Positions 40,222-48,709 of a DNA stretch of 64,000 nt are shown here, in pieces. The notes beneath the pieces are model-generated. The model did no database searches, was not told where the DNA came from, and saw only the letters and a list, made by a program, of their open reading frames with translations. The translations under genes were made by a program, and so were the position numbers. Source of the stretch: Candidatus Nealsonbacteria bacterium (GTDB lineage: Bacteria; Patescibacteriota; Minisyncoccia; Minisyncoccales; MHMH01); NCBI GenBank assembly GCA_016181965.1, contig JACOYH010000003.1, positions 1,013-65,012 of the forward strand. The letters are read 5' to 3'. How positions within the stretch are numbered: the first letter of the stretch is position 1; every line of letters starts with the position of its first letter.

Positions 40222-40380
40222 ATGGACGTATACGCGAGATGGCTTGTCCTATCGCTCGTCTTGCTCGCTTCAGCGTGGCTGGTGTCGCTCGTACCGGGAT
40301 TTCAATCCTGGGTGGCGCCGTCAGTCGGTGTTGTCGCAGCTAAGCTAGTCAGCGTATGGCTGCCTGCAGCCAGTAACTGA
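40222..40380 (+). CDS. 52-aa hydrophobic two-helix peptide (not in the ORF track because it is under 60 aa)
   Basis: AAGGAGG lies 8 nt before the ATG. Product MDVYARWLVLSLVLLASAWLVSLVPGFQSWVAPSVGVVAAKLVSVWLPAASN. Has its own promoter and two terminators. Confidence 0.5.
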   Translation: MDVYARWLVLSLVLLASAWLVSLVPGFQSWVAPSVGVVAAKLVSVWLPAASN

Positions 40381-40424
40381 TAACGGCCTTATCAACTCCG
40401 AAAGGGGGTCAATAATCCTTAATA

Positions 40425-40457
40425 GGGGGAAGAACTGCCCTTCCTCCTATATTTTTC
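40425..40457 (+). terminator. Terminator 1 of the small-peptide unit
   Basis: GGGGGAAG-AACTGCC-CTTCCTCC followed by TATATTTTT. Confidence 0.6.
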
Positions 40458-40460
40458 TCA

Positions 40461-40487
40461 GCGCCTAACAAGGCGCATTTTTATTTT
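40461..40487 (+). terminator. Terminator 2 of the small-peptide unit
   Basis: GCGCC-TAACAA-GGCGC followed by ATTTTTATTTT. Confidence 0.6.
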
Positions 40488-40521
40488 CATTATCAATTAG
40501 ATTTGTGGTATAATAAATAAA

Positions 40522-41337
40522 ATGACAAAAGCGGTTATTCTCATCGCCATTAATTTCCTCATTGTCCTCGCTACCGAGTTTTCCGGAACCTTGTTTTTTG
40601 AGAATGGGGTAATTCATATAATTGCTTTGTTCTTTGTCGTTGCCACGGCGGTTCCCTTGGCTCGCAATTATTACCTCGCCGATCCTATTTTGAAAAAATT
40701 CCTGGTGGCCAGCATATTCGCTTTTCTTTTGTTTGCGGCCTCCCATATTTCAGAGTTTTTCCAATACAAAATTTCCGGTGGATATCCCGACCATATTTTC
40801 GCGATAACCGTGAATTTTTATCTAATGAGTATCTTTTTGATGATATTCGGCTCTGAAATATTCCTCCGCGCCCATTCTGGTTACCGCCACTCCAGAGTTC
40901 ACCTCGTTTTGACGGGCATTGCCCTCGCGGTATTACTGCTGATTTCTTTCTTTTTTTCCATTTATCCGGAAATAATTTCTCTGGCACCGGAAAATCTGGC
41001 GCCCTACGCGTACGGAGTAGCGGCGCTGATGATATCCTTTATATTATGGAGGCGGCTTGTGCGTTTGGGTAATCTTTTTAGCAAATCGCTTGTGGATTTC
41101 TTCCGCTATTTGCAAATAATGCTTATTTTCGTGGTGATTTCCATGATTTTTAATATTTTTTATGAATTTATGGAAGAAGGGCTTGGCATCCCCGCTTACG
41201 AAATAGTGTATTTCAGCCATTTCTTTTTCTACGGCGGTTTGAGCGTCATGTTTCTTGCGTTCGAAGATTTGCTAAAAATTGGCGGAGTGTTCAAAGACAT
41301 CCGCGAACGGCGGAATAATAATAAATTAACCTCATAA
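40522..41337 (+). CDS. Polytopic membrane protein, function unknown
   Basis: 271 aa with ~8 hydrophobic helices. No recognisable motif. Confidence 0.55.
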   Translation: MTKAVILIAINFLIVLATEFSGTLFFENGVIHIIALFFVVATAVPLARNYYLADPILKKFLVASIFAFLLFAASHISEFFQYKISGGYPDHIFAITVNFYLMSIFLMIFGSEIFLRAHSGYRHSRVHLVLTGIALAVLLLISFFFSIYPEIISLAPENLAPYAYGVAALMISFILWRRLVRLGNLFSKSLVDFFRYLQIMLIFVVISMIFNIFYEFMEEGLGIPAYEIVYFSHFFFYGGLSVMFLAFEDLLKIGGVFKDIRERRNNNKLTS

Positions 41338-41341
41338 ATAA

Positions 41342-41369
41342 TTGACAAAATAATTTTTTAGTGTATACT
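41342..41369 (+). promoter_or_regulatory. Promoter upstream of typA (TTGACA-16-TATACT)
   Basis: TTGACA at 41342-41347 and TATACT at 41364-41369. Confidence 0.5.
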
Positions 41370-41408
41370 TATCTTGATGTTCTCGGGCCCGGGCAGGGCC
41401 TATTTTTT

Positions 41409-43202
41409 ATGGAAATAAGAAACATTGCGATAATTGCACACGTTGACCACGGAAAAACAACCTTAACTGACGCGCTTTTGCGCCAAGCCGGCGTGGCTAA
41501 AGACGGGGTTTCCATGGATTCTAACGCGCTTGAACTAGAGCGCGGTATTACTATTTACTCTAAAAATGCAGCCATACCATACAAAGGCACGAAAATAAAT
41601 ATTGTAGACACTCCGGGACACGCCGACTTTGGTTCGGAAGTTGAGAGGGTGCTCCGTTCGATCGATTCGGTTCTATTGGTAGTTGACGCCCAAGAGGGAC
41701 CGATGCCCCAAACCCGTTTTGTTTTGAAAAAGTCCCTTGAGCTGGGCTTGCGGCCGATCGTAGTGATAAATAAAATTGACAAGCGAGCGGCCGATCCGGC
41801 GCGATGCGAAGAAGAAGTCCTCGAGCTTTTTTTAGAACTTGGAGCAAATAATGAGCAGGCAAATTTCCCGGTTGTTTATGCCAACGGCAGAGCGGGCATT
41901 GCAAAGCTGAACATCAGCGACGAGTCAAATGATTTGTCACCGCTTCTCGACATAATTCTTTCTCATGTTCCCTCAGCTTCATCTCGGGCATTGCTTGCAA
42001 AGCCATTAAGGATGCAGCCCTTTAATCTCGGTTACGACAATTTTCTTGGCCGTCTTGCAGTTGCTAGGATTTATGAAGGAATCTTAAGGGCCGGCGAGAA
42101 CGTATTTGTGAAAAAGCGTGGCGGAGATGTCCGCTCGGGAAAGATCACCAAAATTTTTACTTTTTCCGGGCTCGACAAAATCGATTCAGCCGAGGCCTCG
42201 GCGGGTGACATAATTCTCGCCGCGGGACTCCCCGATATTGATATTGGAGAAACAGTGGCCGCCGACGAGAATGCGGAGGCCTTGCCGGCGATTGCCGTAG
42301 ACGAGCCAACTATCACTCTTTCGTTTTTGGTTAATAATTCTCCATTTGCCGGCCGAGAGGGAAAATATGTTACCTCAAGGCAGATACGAGATTATCTTTT
42401 ACGGGAACTTGAAGTGAATGTCGGACTGCGGGTTGATTTTGCGTCTTCCGGCGGATTTCAGGTTTTCGGCAGGGGAGAACTTCATATTGCAATTCTTCTT
42501 GAGAATATGCGGAGGGCGGGATACGAGCTTCAGGTGTCGCAACCGCAGACAATTATCCGCGAAGAAAACGGCCAGAAACTCGAACCGTTTGAGGAAGCCG
42601 TCGTTGACGCGCCAGCCGAATACCAAGGAGTTGTGATTGAGCGCCTCGGAACGCGCGCCTTTGTTTTGAAAAATATGGCGCATAAGGGCGAGACGGTGAG
42701 AATGCATTTTGAGGGACCGACCAGGGGAATTCTTGGATATAGAAATCAATTTGTTATCGACACCAAGGGTGAGGGCATTCTCGCTTGCCGCGTTATCGGT
42801 TTTCGGCCGTATGCGGGAGACATAAAAAAGAGAGCGGTCGGTTCCATGGTTTCAATGGCCAGAGGAACTGCCATGGGATATGCCTTATGGGGATTGCAGG
42901 AGAGGGGCAAGCTCTACATCGGCCCGCAGACAGAAGTATACGAGGGAATGGTCATCGGTAATACTTCCAAGGGAGTGGAAATGAAAGTCAACCCCACCAA
43001 GGGCAAACAGCTCACCAATGTGCGCGCTTCGGCCTCGGACGAGGCCATCGTTCTCGTGCCGCCTTTTGAGCTAACCATAGAGCGCGGCCTCGAAATTATG
43101 GCCGAAGATGAATATCTGGAGATTACGCCGCAAAGCGTTCGCCTTCGCAAGATGCCTTCTGGGGAAAATCACACAGCCATTGACAAGAGATTAATTTTGT
43201 AA
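41409..43202 (+). CDS. typA: Translational GTPase TypA/BipA
   Basis: Starts [19 protein letters not shown], with DTPGHADF and NKID. The domain layout is EF-G-like but lacks domain IV. Confidence 0.92.
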   Translation: MEIRNIAIIAHVDHGKTTLTDALLRQAGVAKDGVSMDSNALELERGITIYSKNAAIPYKGTKINIVDTPGHADFGSEVERVLRSIDSVLLVVDAQEGPMPQTRFVLKKSLELGLRPIVVINKIDKRAADPARCEEEVLELFLELGANNEQANFPVVYANGRAGIAKLNISDESNDLSPLLDIILSHVPSASSRALLAKPLRMQPFNLGYDNFLGRLAVARIYEGILRAGENVFVKKRGGDVRSGKITKIFTFSGLDKIDSAEASAGDIILAAGLPDIDIGETVAADENAEALPAIAVDEPTITLSFLVNNSPFAGREGKYVTSRQIRDYLLRELEVNVGLRVDFASSGGFQVFGRGELHIAILLENMRRAGYELQVSQPQTIIREENGQKLEPFEEAVVDAPAEYQGVVIERLGTRAFVLKNMAHKGETVRMHFEGPTRGILGYRNQFVIDTKGEGILACRVIGFRPYAGDIKKRAVGSMVSMARGTAMGYALWGLQERGKLYIGPQTEVYEGMVIGNTSKGVEMKVNPTKGKQLTNVRASASDEAIVLVPPFELTIERGLEIMAEDEYLEITPQSVRLRKMPSGENHTAIDKRLIL

Positions 43203-43244
43203 TATACTATATGGGTGAGACCCAATGGTCTCTTATTTATTTAT

Positions 43245-44441
43245 ATGATGAGAAGAAGTTTTAACCGAAGAGGACCGAAAAAATACTTGTTTCAATCTAG
43301 CCGCAGATCGAGATCGGCGGGGTCTTTTGGCTTTGGCAGTAGAATAGATCCGGCTAAATTTATCAATAAAGCGATTTACGAAGAAGAGGATGAAAGTTTT
43401 GTATCAAAACACCAATTCCACGATTTTAAAATAGACCGGCGTTTGGTGAGCGCTATTGCCAACAAGGGCTATAAGGCGCCCACGCCGATTCAAGACCAGA
43501 TTATCGACCATATCATCGATGGTCTTGACGTGGTAGGCATCGCCAACACCGGCACCGGAAAAACGGCTGCCTTTCTGCTTCCTTTGAGTAATAAAATTTT
43601 GCAAAATCCAAGAGAACAGATTTTAATAGTGGCCCCCACCAGGGAGCTTGCCATTCAGATCGACCAAGAATTTAAGTCGCTTACCCGGGGAATGGGAATA
43701 TTTTCCGTTTGCTGCGTGGGGGGCGCGGGCCTCGGCAGGCAGATGTCAGAACTCCGACGCAATTATAATGTAATTATCGGCACGCCCGGCCGGTTGAAGG
43801 ACTTAGTGGGCAGAAGAATGATTCATCTCTCGCGCTTCAACACCGTTGTTTTGGACGAAGCGGACAGGATGTTTGATATGGGCTTTGTCAACGACACCCG
43901 CTTTATACTTAATGGGATGCCCGTTGACCGCCAGACGCTTTTTTTCTCGGCTACTGTCTCCAACGACATAGAAAGAATGATTGGGGAATTCACTCATAAC
44001 GCCCTGAGAATTTCGGTTAGATCGCGCGACACCTCAAAAAACGTCGAGCAGGATGTTATCAAAATCGAGCCGGGCAAGACTAAATTGGAAGTTCTTAATA
44101 ATCTTTTGAATCAGGAGGAATTCAATAAGGTTCTTATTTTTGGAAGGACCAAGCGAGGAGTTGAAAAAATTTCAAGAAATCTTATTGGCAAGGGCTTTAA
44201 GGTAGAATCCATACACGGCAACAAGAATAACAACCAGCGGCAACGGGCGCTCGGCATGTTTAAAGATAACCGCGTTCAAGTTTTGGTGGCAACCGATATT
44301 GCCGCCAGGGGACTCGATATTGCCGACGTCAGCCACGTCATCAATTACGATATACCCGCGACTTACGAGGACTATATCCATCGCATCGGCCGCACCGGCC
44401 GCTGGAACAAACGAGGCATGGCCTTAACCTTTCTTGACTAA
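43245..44441 (+). CDS. DEAD-box ATP-dependent RNA helicase
   Basis: Q motif, GTGKTAAF, DEAD (VLDEADRM), SAT and HRIGRTGR. Confidence 0.92.
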   Translation: MMRRSFNRRGPKKYLFQSSRRSRSAGSFGFGSRIDPAKFINKAIYEEEDESFVSKHQFHDFKIDRRLVSAIANKGYKAPTPIQDQIIDHIIDGLDVVGIANTGTGKTAAFLLPLSNKILQNPREQILIVAPTRELAIQIDQEFKSLTRGMGIFSVCCVGGAGLGRQMSELRRNYNVIIGTPGRLKDLVGRRMIHLSRFNTVVLDEADRMFDMGFVNDTRFILNGMPVDRQTLFFSATVSNDIERMIGEFTHNALRISVRSRDTSKNVEQDVIKIEPGKTKLEVLNNLLNQEEFNKVLIFGRTKRGVEKISRNLIGKGFKVESIHGNKNNNQRQRALGMFKDNRVQVLVATDIAARGLDIADVSHVINYDIPATYEDYIHRIGRTGRWNKRGMALTFLD

Positions 44442-44514
44442 GCGCGTTAATTTCATTAGAATACCTCATTAACGATCTTTGACATTTCCATAAGGAAAGG
44501 AAGGAGCAGGAAAA

Positions 44515-45528
44515 ATGCAGGACTTGCGGGGAATACACTGGGGCAATTTTTTGTGGCTTGACCCGTTTGGGTTGTTTCCGCAAAAGCCCTCGGAAAAGCC
44601 GGGCATTTCCGACAGCGATCTTTTTGAGTCAATGATTCGGAGGATGAGGGATTTCCGACCCAAAAGCATCAAAGTGATTATTCATACTTACGCCGGAGAC
44701 CAAAATCAAAACAGTTGGCTGGAAGTCCAAGCAAGGATTATTGAGCGGCTCCACCAAGAATTTCCCGGCGCCTCAATTGTGTTGCGCTTGGAGGGCGCGC
44801 CTTACGCCGACGCCAATGAGCAAATCGGTTTAGCCAAGGCGCCGCTAATGGCGCGCGATTTCGCGCCCATTATCAATTATATTACCCAGCGCGTTCAGGA
44901 CGATGCGGGCCAGCCGCCCATTTGGCTGATTATTGAGAATGAGCCGAACCATCCAATTTCTGTCTTTTATCAACGGCCTGCGTATTTCAATCAATGGTTC
45001 AAAACAGTTGTCTGGCACTTCTGGAACGTTTATCCCATTCTGAATAAGCCGGGCAGTTTGTCTCACGGCCTTTTCTACCCGGGCTTAAGCCCAAACTACG
45101 ATGATGTGGGTTGGTACAATCATCCTTCCACGGTTGAGATCCTAAACTACACGATTGTTGACCCTTTCGACAACCAGACGCACCTGAGGCAGTGCTGGGC
45201 CAATGGCATTATTTTCCATTGCTACTGGCAAACCGGCCACGGCCAAGACCCAACATGGGGCGGAAGATACAAGCTTTTATGGGGCGTCGTTGCCCAATAC
45301 AATCCGTATTTTCCGGTGATGATTGGCGAATGGGGCAACTCCTCCAACGATGATATGGACGCGGTGAAAACACCAGAATACAAGGATTGGCTTTCGGCCA
45401 TTGCGGTTCAGAGCGTCATTCCTAATATTCTTGCTACCGCCCTTTACATCTTGGACAGCAGCGACCCCCAGTGGAGCATGTTTATTCTGACGGAAAACGC
45501 TTGCAGGGAGATTGGACAATGGATGTAA
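44515..45528 (+). CDS. Putative clan GH-A (TIM-barrel) glycoside-hydrolase-like protein
   Basis: 337 aa. IIENEPN (Glu codon 44941-44943) and IGEWG (Glu codon 45328-45330) are 129 residues apart, which matches the acid/base-nucleophile spacing of GH-A enzymes. Strong SD (AAGGAAGGAG). Confidence 0.45.
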   Translation: MQDLRGIHWGNFLWLDPFGLFPQKPSEKPGISDSDLFESMIRRMRDFRPKSIKVIIHTYAGDQNQNSWLEVQARIIERLHQEFPGASIVLRLEGAPYADANEQIGLAKAPLMARDFAPIINYITQRVQDDAGQPPIWLIIENEPNHPISVFYQRPAYFNQWFKTVVWHFWNVYPILNKPGSLSHGLFYPGLSPNYDDVGWYNHPSTVEILNYTIVDPFDNQTHLRQCWANGIIFHCYWQTGHGQDPTWGGRYKLLWGVVAQYNPYFPVMIGEWGNSSNDDMDAVKTPEYKDWLSAIAVQSVIPNILATALYILDSSDPQWSMFILTENACREIGQWM

Positions 45529-45959
45529 ATCAAGCGAGCAATGATAATGACCGAATGGGCAAAATGCTCTTTTATCTTTGCGCCATTCTGACCGTTTGGT
45601 GGATGTACGTTGTAACAATAGAAGCGCTGGGGAGGAATTTTTATGGGCACAACGTTGTCTGGGAAATGACTTCTTTGTGGGCCAGCGCTCTAACTATTTA
45701 TGTGGGCAGAAAGAACGTAACCAATTGGGGCAAAAAAGCCGAAGGCAGATTCTTTGGAGAATATTTCGCCGGAGCAATTGTTGTATACGCGGCCATCATA
45801 TTCGCGCTTTATATTCACTTTGGATGGGTCAAGATCCCGGAACAATTGACTGTGGGCGTTCAGATTTGTTTGGGCCTGTTGGGCACTAACGAAATCACTA
45901 AAAGTATCAATCAACGCAAGATTGAAAAAGCAGAAAAAAACGGAAACTCCTCTTCATGA
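45519..45959 (+). CDS. Membrane protein (about 4 TM) translationally coupled to the GH-like gene
   Basis: The ATG at 45519 overlaps the upstream stop (ATGGATGTAA). Hydrophobic helices and a charged C-terminal tail. Confidence 0.5.
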   Translation: MDVNQASNDNDRMGKMLFYLCAILTVWWMYVVTIEALGRNFYGHNVVWEMTSLWASALTIYVGRKNVTNWGKKAEGRFFGEYFAGAIVVYAAIIFALYIHFGWVKIPEQLTVGVQICLGLLGTNEITKSINQRKIEKAEKNGNSSS

Positions 45960-45969
45960 GGAGTTTTTT
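45946..45969 (+). terminator. Rho-independent terminator
   Basis: ACTCCTC-TTCAT-GAGGAGT followed by TTTTT. Confidence 0.7.
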
Positions 45970-46024
45970 CTTGCCGTTGTTCTCAATTTGACAGAGATTT
46001 TTGCCGCAAGGTATAATGAAATTA

Positions 46025-46240
46025 ATGAAGGAGAAAAATATCACAATTGATAAGCTGGCGCGAATGATTCAGAAGGGGTTTTTAGAGACCACGAAAAAAG
46101 ACGAAGTTAACAAGCGATTTGATAAAATTGAGAATCGCTTAGAAAACATTGAGAAGCTGATCCTCGCCGATCATAAACAACGGATCGAGGAATTGGAAGA
46201 GGCGGTGAAAGAATTGAAAGAACTGCTATCAGTAAAATAA
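46025..46240 (+). CDS. Small coiled-coil hypothetical protein
   Basis: TTGACA-18-TATAAT (TATAAT at 46012-46017), with an in-frame ATG at 46025 7 nt later. Heptad-rich sequence. The ORF-track start at 46001 is less likely. Confidence 0.5.
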   Translation: MKEKNITIDKLARMIQKGFLETTKKDEVNKRFDKIENRLENIEKLILADHKQRIEELEEAVKELKELLSVK

Positions 46241-46270
46241 CTTTTTGACATTTTAGTTGAAATTAACTTC

Positions 46271-46292
46271 AAGCCGTGAGGGCTTGTTTTTT
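46271..46292 (+). terminator. Rho-independent terminator
   Basis: AAGCC-GTGAG-GGCTT followed by GTTTTTT. Confidence 0.65.
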
Positions 46293-46346
46293 ATTGTTGT
46301 TTTCTGTAAGCTGAATTAGCTTTTTGACAATCAAAATGGAGGCAGC

Positions 46347-47066
46347 ATGGAAGCAGAATTCATCGAACGGCCGCAAAGTGTTAGCGATTTTCAAAGGATG
46401 TTCCGCTATATCTATCACGCTCTTAATGAGGCAGAGTATCCTAAAGACGGCGATTTAATCGCCCGCTTAATTGAAGAAATTACCAGGTTAATGGAGTTTG
46501 CCCGCAAAGATCGCCGAACGCTCTTTAAGGAACAGATGGCCAACATTTTTTCCTGGAGCATGGCAGTCGTCAACCGTTTGGGAATCGACCCTCAGGAGGC
46601 GCTTTGGGAAAAATATCCCGGAGTGTGTCCTTATTGTTTAAGGGAGAAAGATTGTATCTGCGGCACGGAACATCCCATTGTTGAAAATAAAGAACTGGCC
46701 TTACGTCGCTTCAGGCGGGAAAGAGCCGATCGCAGGCCGCAAACGCTCAAAGATCACCAAGAGCTCCATCTCCGTCTCTATAGCTGGCAGCATGATCGAG
46801 AACTGCCTATTGTTGTCGCGGCTCACCTTGTGGAAGAAGCCGGAGAGGTGAGTTGCGCTTACCGGCGGCTTGGAATGGCCAACAGCGATACCGCAAAGAA
46901 CTTTTTGTTTAATGAATTGATAAGCGAAATGGCCGATGTGATGTCGTGGATGTTTGCTCTGGCCAATCGCCTTGATTTTGATTTGTCCGAAGCCATTTGG
47001 GAGTATTACCCATATGAATGCGTGAAATGCCAGAAAGGACCGTGCGTTTGCCAAGAGGTCATTTAG
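46347..47066 (+). CDS. Tandem MazG-like (all-alpha NTP pyrophosphohydrolase) domain protein with Cys clusters
   Basis: Two repeats of the LIEE..(R/E)...-...(A/M)(N/D)(I/V)...(A/M)...NRL(G/D).D...A.WE.YP pattern. Each ends in a Cys cluster (CPYCLREKDCIC; CVKCQKGPCVC). Confidence 0.5.
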   Translation: MEAEFIERPQSVSDFQRMFRYIYHALNEAEYPKDGDLIARLIEEITRLMEFARKDRRTLFKEQMANIFSWSMAVVNRLGIDPQEALWEKYPGVCPYCLREKDCICGTEHPIVENKELALRRFRRERADRRPQTLKDHQELHLRLYSWQHDRELPIVVAAHLVEEAGEVSCAYRRLGMANSDTAKNFLFNELISEMADVMSWMFALANRLDFDLSEAIWEYYPYECVKCQKGPCVCQEVI

Positions 47067-47136
47067 ATTCAGCAAAACCCCATCATCATTTTGGTGGGGT
47101 ATTTTATTTTTTAATTTTTTGCTATGTTGAATTAAT

Positions 47137-47841
47137 ATGGCCGATAAGACAATTTTAAAAGTGGAGGATATAACGGTGGAGTTTAACGGAGCGGCGGTTT
47201 TGAAAAATCTTTCTTTCGAAGTGAAAGAGGGAGAGGTTTTGACTATTCTTGGCCCGAACGGAGCTGGAAAGACCGTCTTGCTCAAGGCGTTGCTGGGAGT
47301 CATTCCCTTTAAGGGAAAAGTTATTTGGCAGGAAGGAGTTAAAATTGGCTATGTGCCACAGCGGCTTCCTTTTATAAAAGACATTCCCATGAGCGTGGGC
47401 GAGTTTTTGAAATTGAAAAAGGTTTCAAGCCATGAAATTAAAGAAATTTTGCAGTCCATCAATCTGGAAAAAAATATACTCAAAAAAACAGCGGGGGATT
47501 TGTCTTCCGGCCAATTCCAAAGAATTTTAGTCGGCTGGGCCCTGCTTTCGGCGCCGCAGGTTTTGCTTTTTGACGAACCGACCACCGGTATTGACATCGG
47601 TGGCCAGGAGACAATTTATGATTTTTTGGAGAAATTGCAAAAAGAAAGAAACCTGACGATTTTACTGGTAACGCACGATCTAAGCGTTGTTTATGAAATG
47701 GCCAGTCATTGCCTTTGCCTAAACAAAAAAATGTTAAGCTACAGCTTGCCCAAAGAGCTTGATTCCTCGCGCCTTTCCCGGCTTTATGGAGGCGAGGTAA
47801 AGTTTCATCACCATGATAGCCATCACCGAAAGCATGACTAA
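47137..47841 (+). CDS. Metal (Zn/Mn-type) ABC transporter ATP-binding protein
   Basis: Walker A GPNGAGKT, signature LSSGQFQR, Walker B LLLFDEP, and a His-rich C-terminus HHHDSHHRKHD. Confidence 0.85.
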   Translation: MADKTILKVEDITVEFNGAAVLKNLSFEVKEGEVLTILGPNGAGKTVLLKALLGVIPFKGKVIWQEGVKIGYVPQRLPFIKDIPMSVGEFLKLKKVSSHEIKEILQSINLEKNILKKTAGDLSSGQFQRILVGWALLSAPQVLLFDEPTTGIDIGGQETIYDFLEKLQKERNLTILLVTHDLSVVYEMASHCLCLNKKMLSYSLPKELDSSRLSRLYGGEVKFHHHDSHHRKHD

Positions 47842-48598
47842 TGAATTTTTATTCAGCTTAATTGCCGGGGTCTTTATCGGCGGAGCGGCCGGATATTTGG
47901 GCTCTTTAATGCTGACAAAAAGAATGGCGCTGGTCGGTGATGCTTTGGGCCACGTGGCTCTGCCGGGCATGGGGCTGGCTTTGCTGTTGGGACTGGATAC
48001 GTCTTTTGGCGCATTCTTCTTTTTACTCCTGGGCATCTTTTTAATTTGGTTGTTTGAGATGAGAACATCATTGCCGACCGAAGCGCTGGTGGGCGTGGTT
48101 TTTGTTGCTTCGTTGGCCGCTGGCTTTCTGATAGTGCCCGAGCCCGAACTATTGGAAGCGCTCTTCGGCGATATTTCCGATGTTTCTTTGGGCATGGCTT
48201 TGGCTTCCGTGCTTTTCTCCGCCTTAATATTTTTTATTATTAAGCGCGTCTATTCTGGGCTCATCTTAGCCAGTATTTCAGGCGATTTGGCAAAGAGCGA
48301 GGGCATAAACGTCCAAAGGCAGAATTTTATTTATCTGTTTTTGATTGCGGCGCTGGTGGCTTTGGGAGTGAAAATAGTTGGCACTCTTTTGGTGGGGGCG
48401 CTGGTGATTATTCCGGCCGCTACGGCCAGAAACCTAAGCACGAACTTAAGGGAGTATGTTTTTTGGAGCATAGCTTTCGGTATAATAAGCTGCTTTTTGG
48501 GCGCCTTGCTTTACATATATACCGGCTTGCCAGCCGGCCCAATGATTATTCTCGTTTCCACTTTCTTTTTCCTCATTTCCCTCGTGCTCAAGAAATAA
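47813..48598 (+). CDS. Metal ABC transporter permease (ABC-3 / ZnuB-like)
   Basis: 261 aa with 8 TM helices and the typical ALVGDALGHVALPG block. No cognate substrate-binding gene is adjacent. Confidence 0.85.
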   Translation: MIAITESMTNEFLFSLIAGVFIGGAAGYLGSLMLTKRMALVGDALGHVALPGMGLALLLGLDTSFGAFFFLLLGIFLIWLFEMRTSLPTEALVGVVFVASLAAGFLIVPEPELLEALFGDISDVSLGMALASVLFSALIFFIIKRVYSGLILASISGDLAKSEGINVQRQNFIYLFLIAALVALGVKIVGTLLVGALVIIPAATARNLSTNLREYVFWSIAFGIISCFLGALLYIYTGLPAGPMIILVSTFFFLISLVLKK

Positions 48599-48609
48599 CA
48601 CGGACGATA

Positions 48610-48632
48610 GTTGCTTAGCTAAGCTAAGCAAC
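48610..48632. repeat. REP-A copy 4 (loop TAA)
   Basis: GTTGCTTAGC-TAA-GCTAAGCAAC. Confidence 0.9.
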
Positions 48633-48709
48633 CTCTTGACGGGGGGGCTGTTTATGTAGTACCGAGTGGGTAGTTCTTCGATAAATAAATCACATGGGGA
48701 GTTGGATAA

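Noticed and set aside
40330-40350. AGCTAAGCTA inside the small-peptide ORF as a ninth REP-A copy
   Set aside because: Only a 10-nt core match exists, without the flanking arms, so it is probably chance.
40395-40440. Antisense promoter for a type I antitoxin RNA opposite the 52-aa peptide gene
   Set aside because: The best minus-strand candidate (TTGACC followed by a poor -10, TGATAAG/TAAGGC) is unconvincing. I therefore did not annotate an antitoxin RNA, and the toxin-antitoxin idea stays hypothetical.
47137-48598. Complete ZnuABC system
   Set aside because: Only the ATPase and permease genes are present, and no periplasmic-binding-protein gene is adjacent. The metal specificity is therefore left open.
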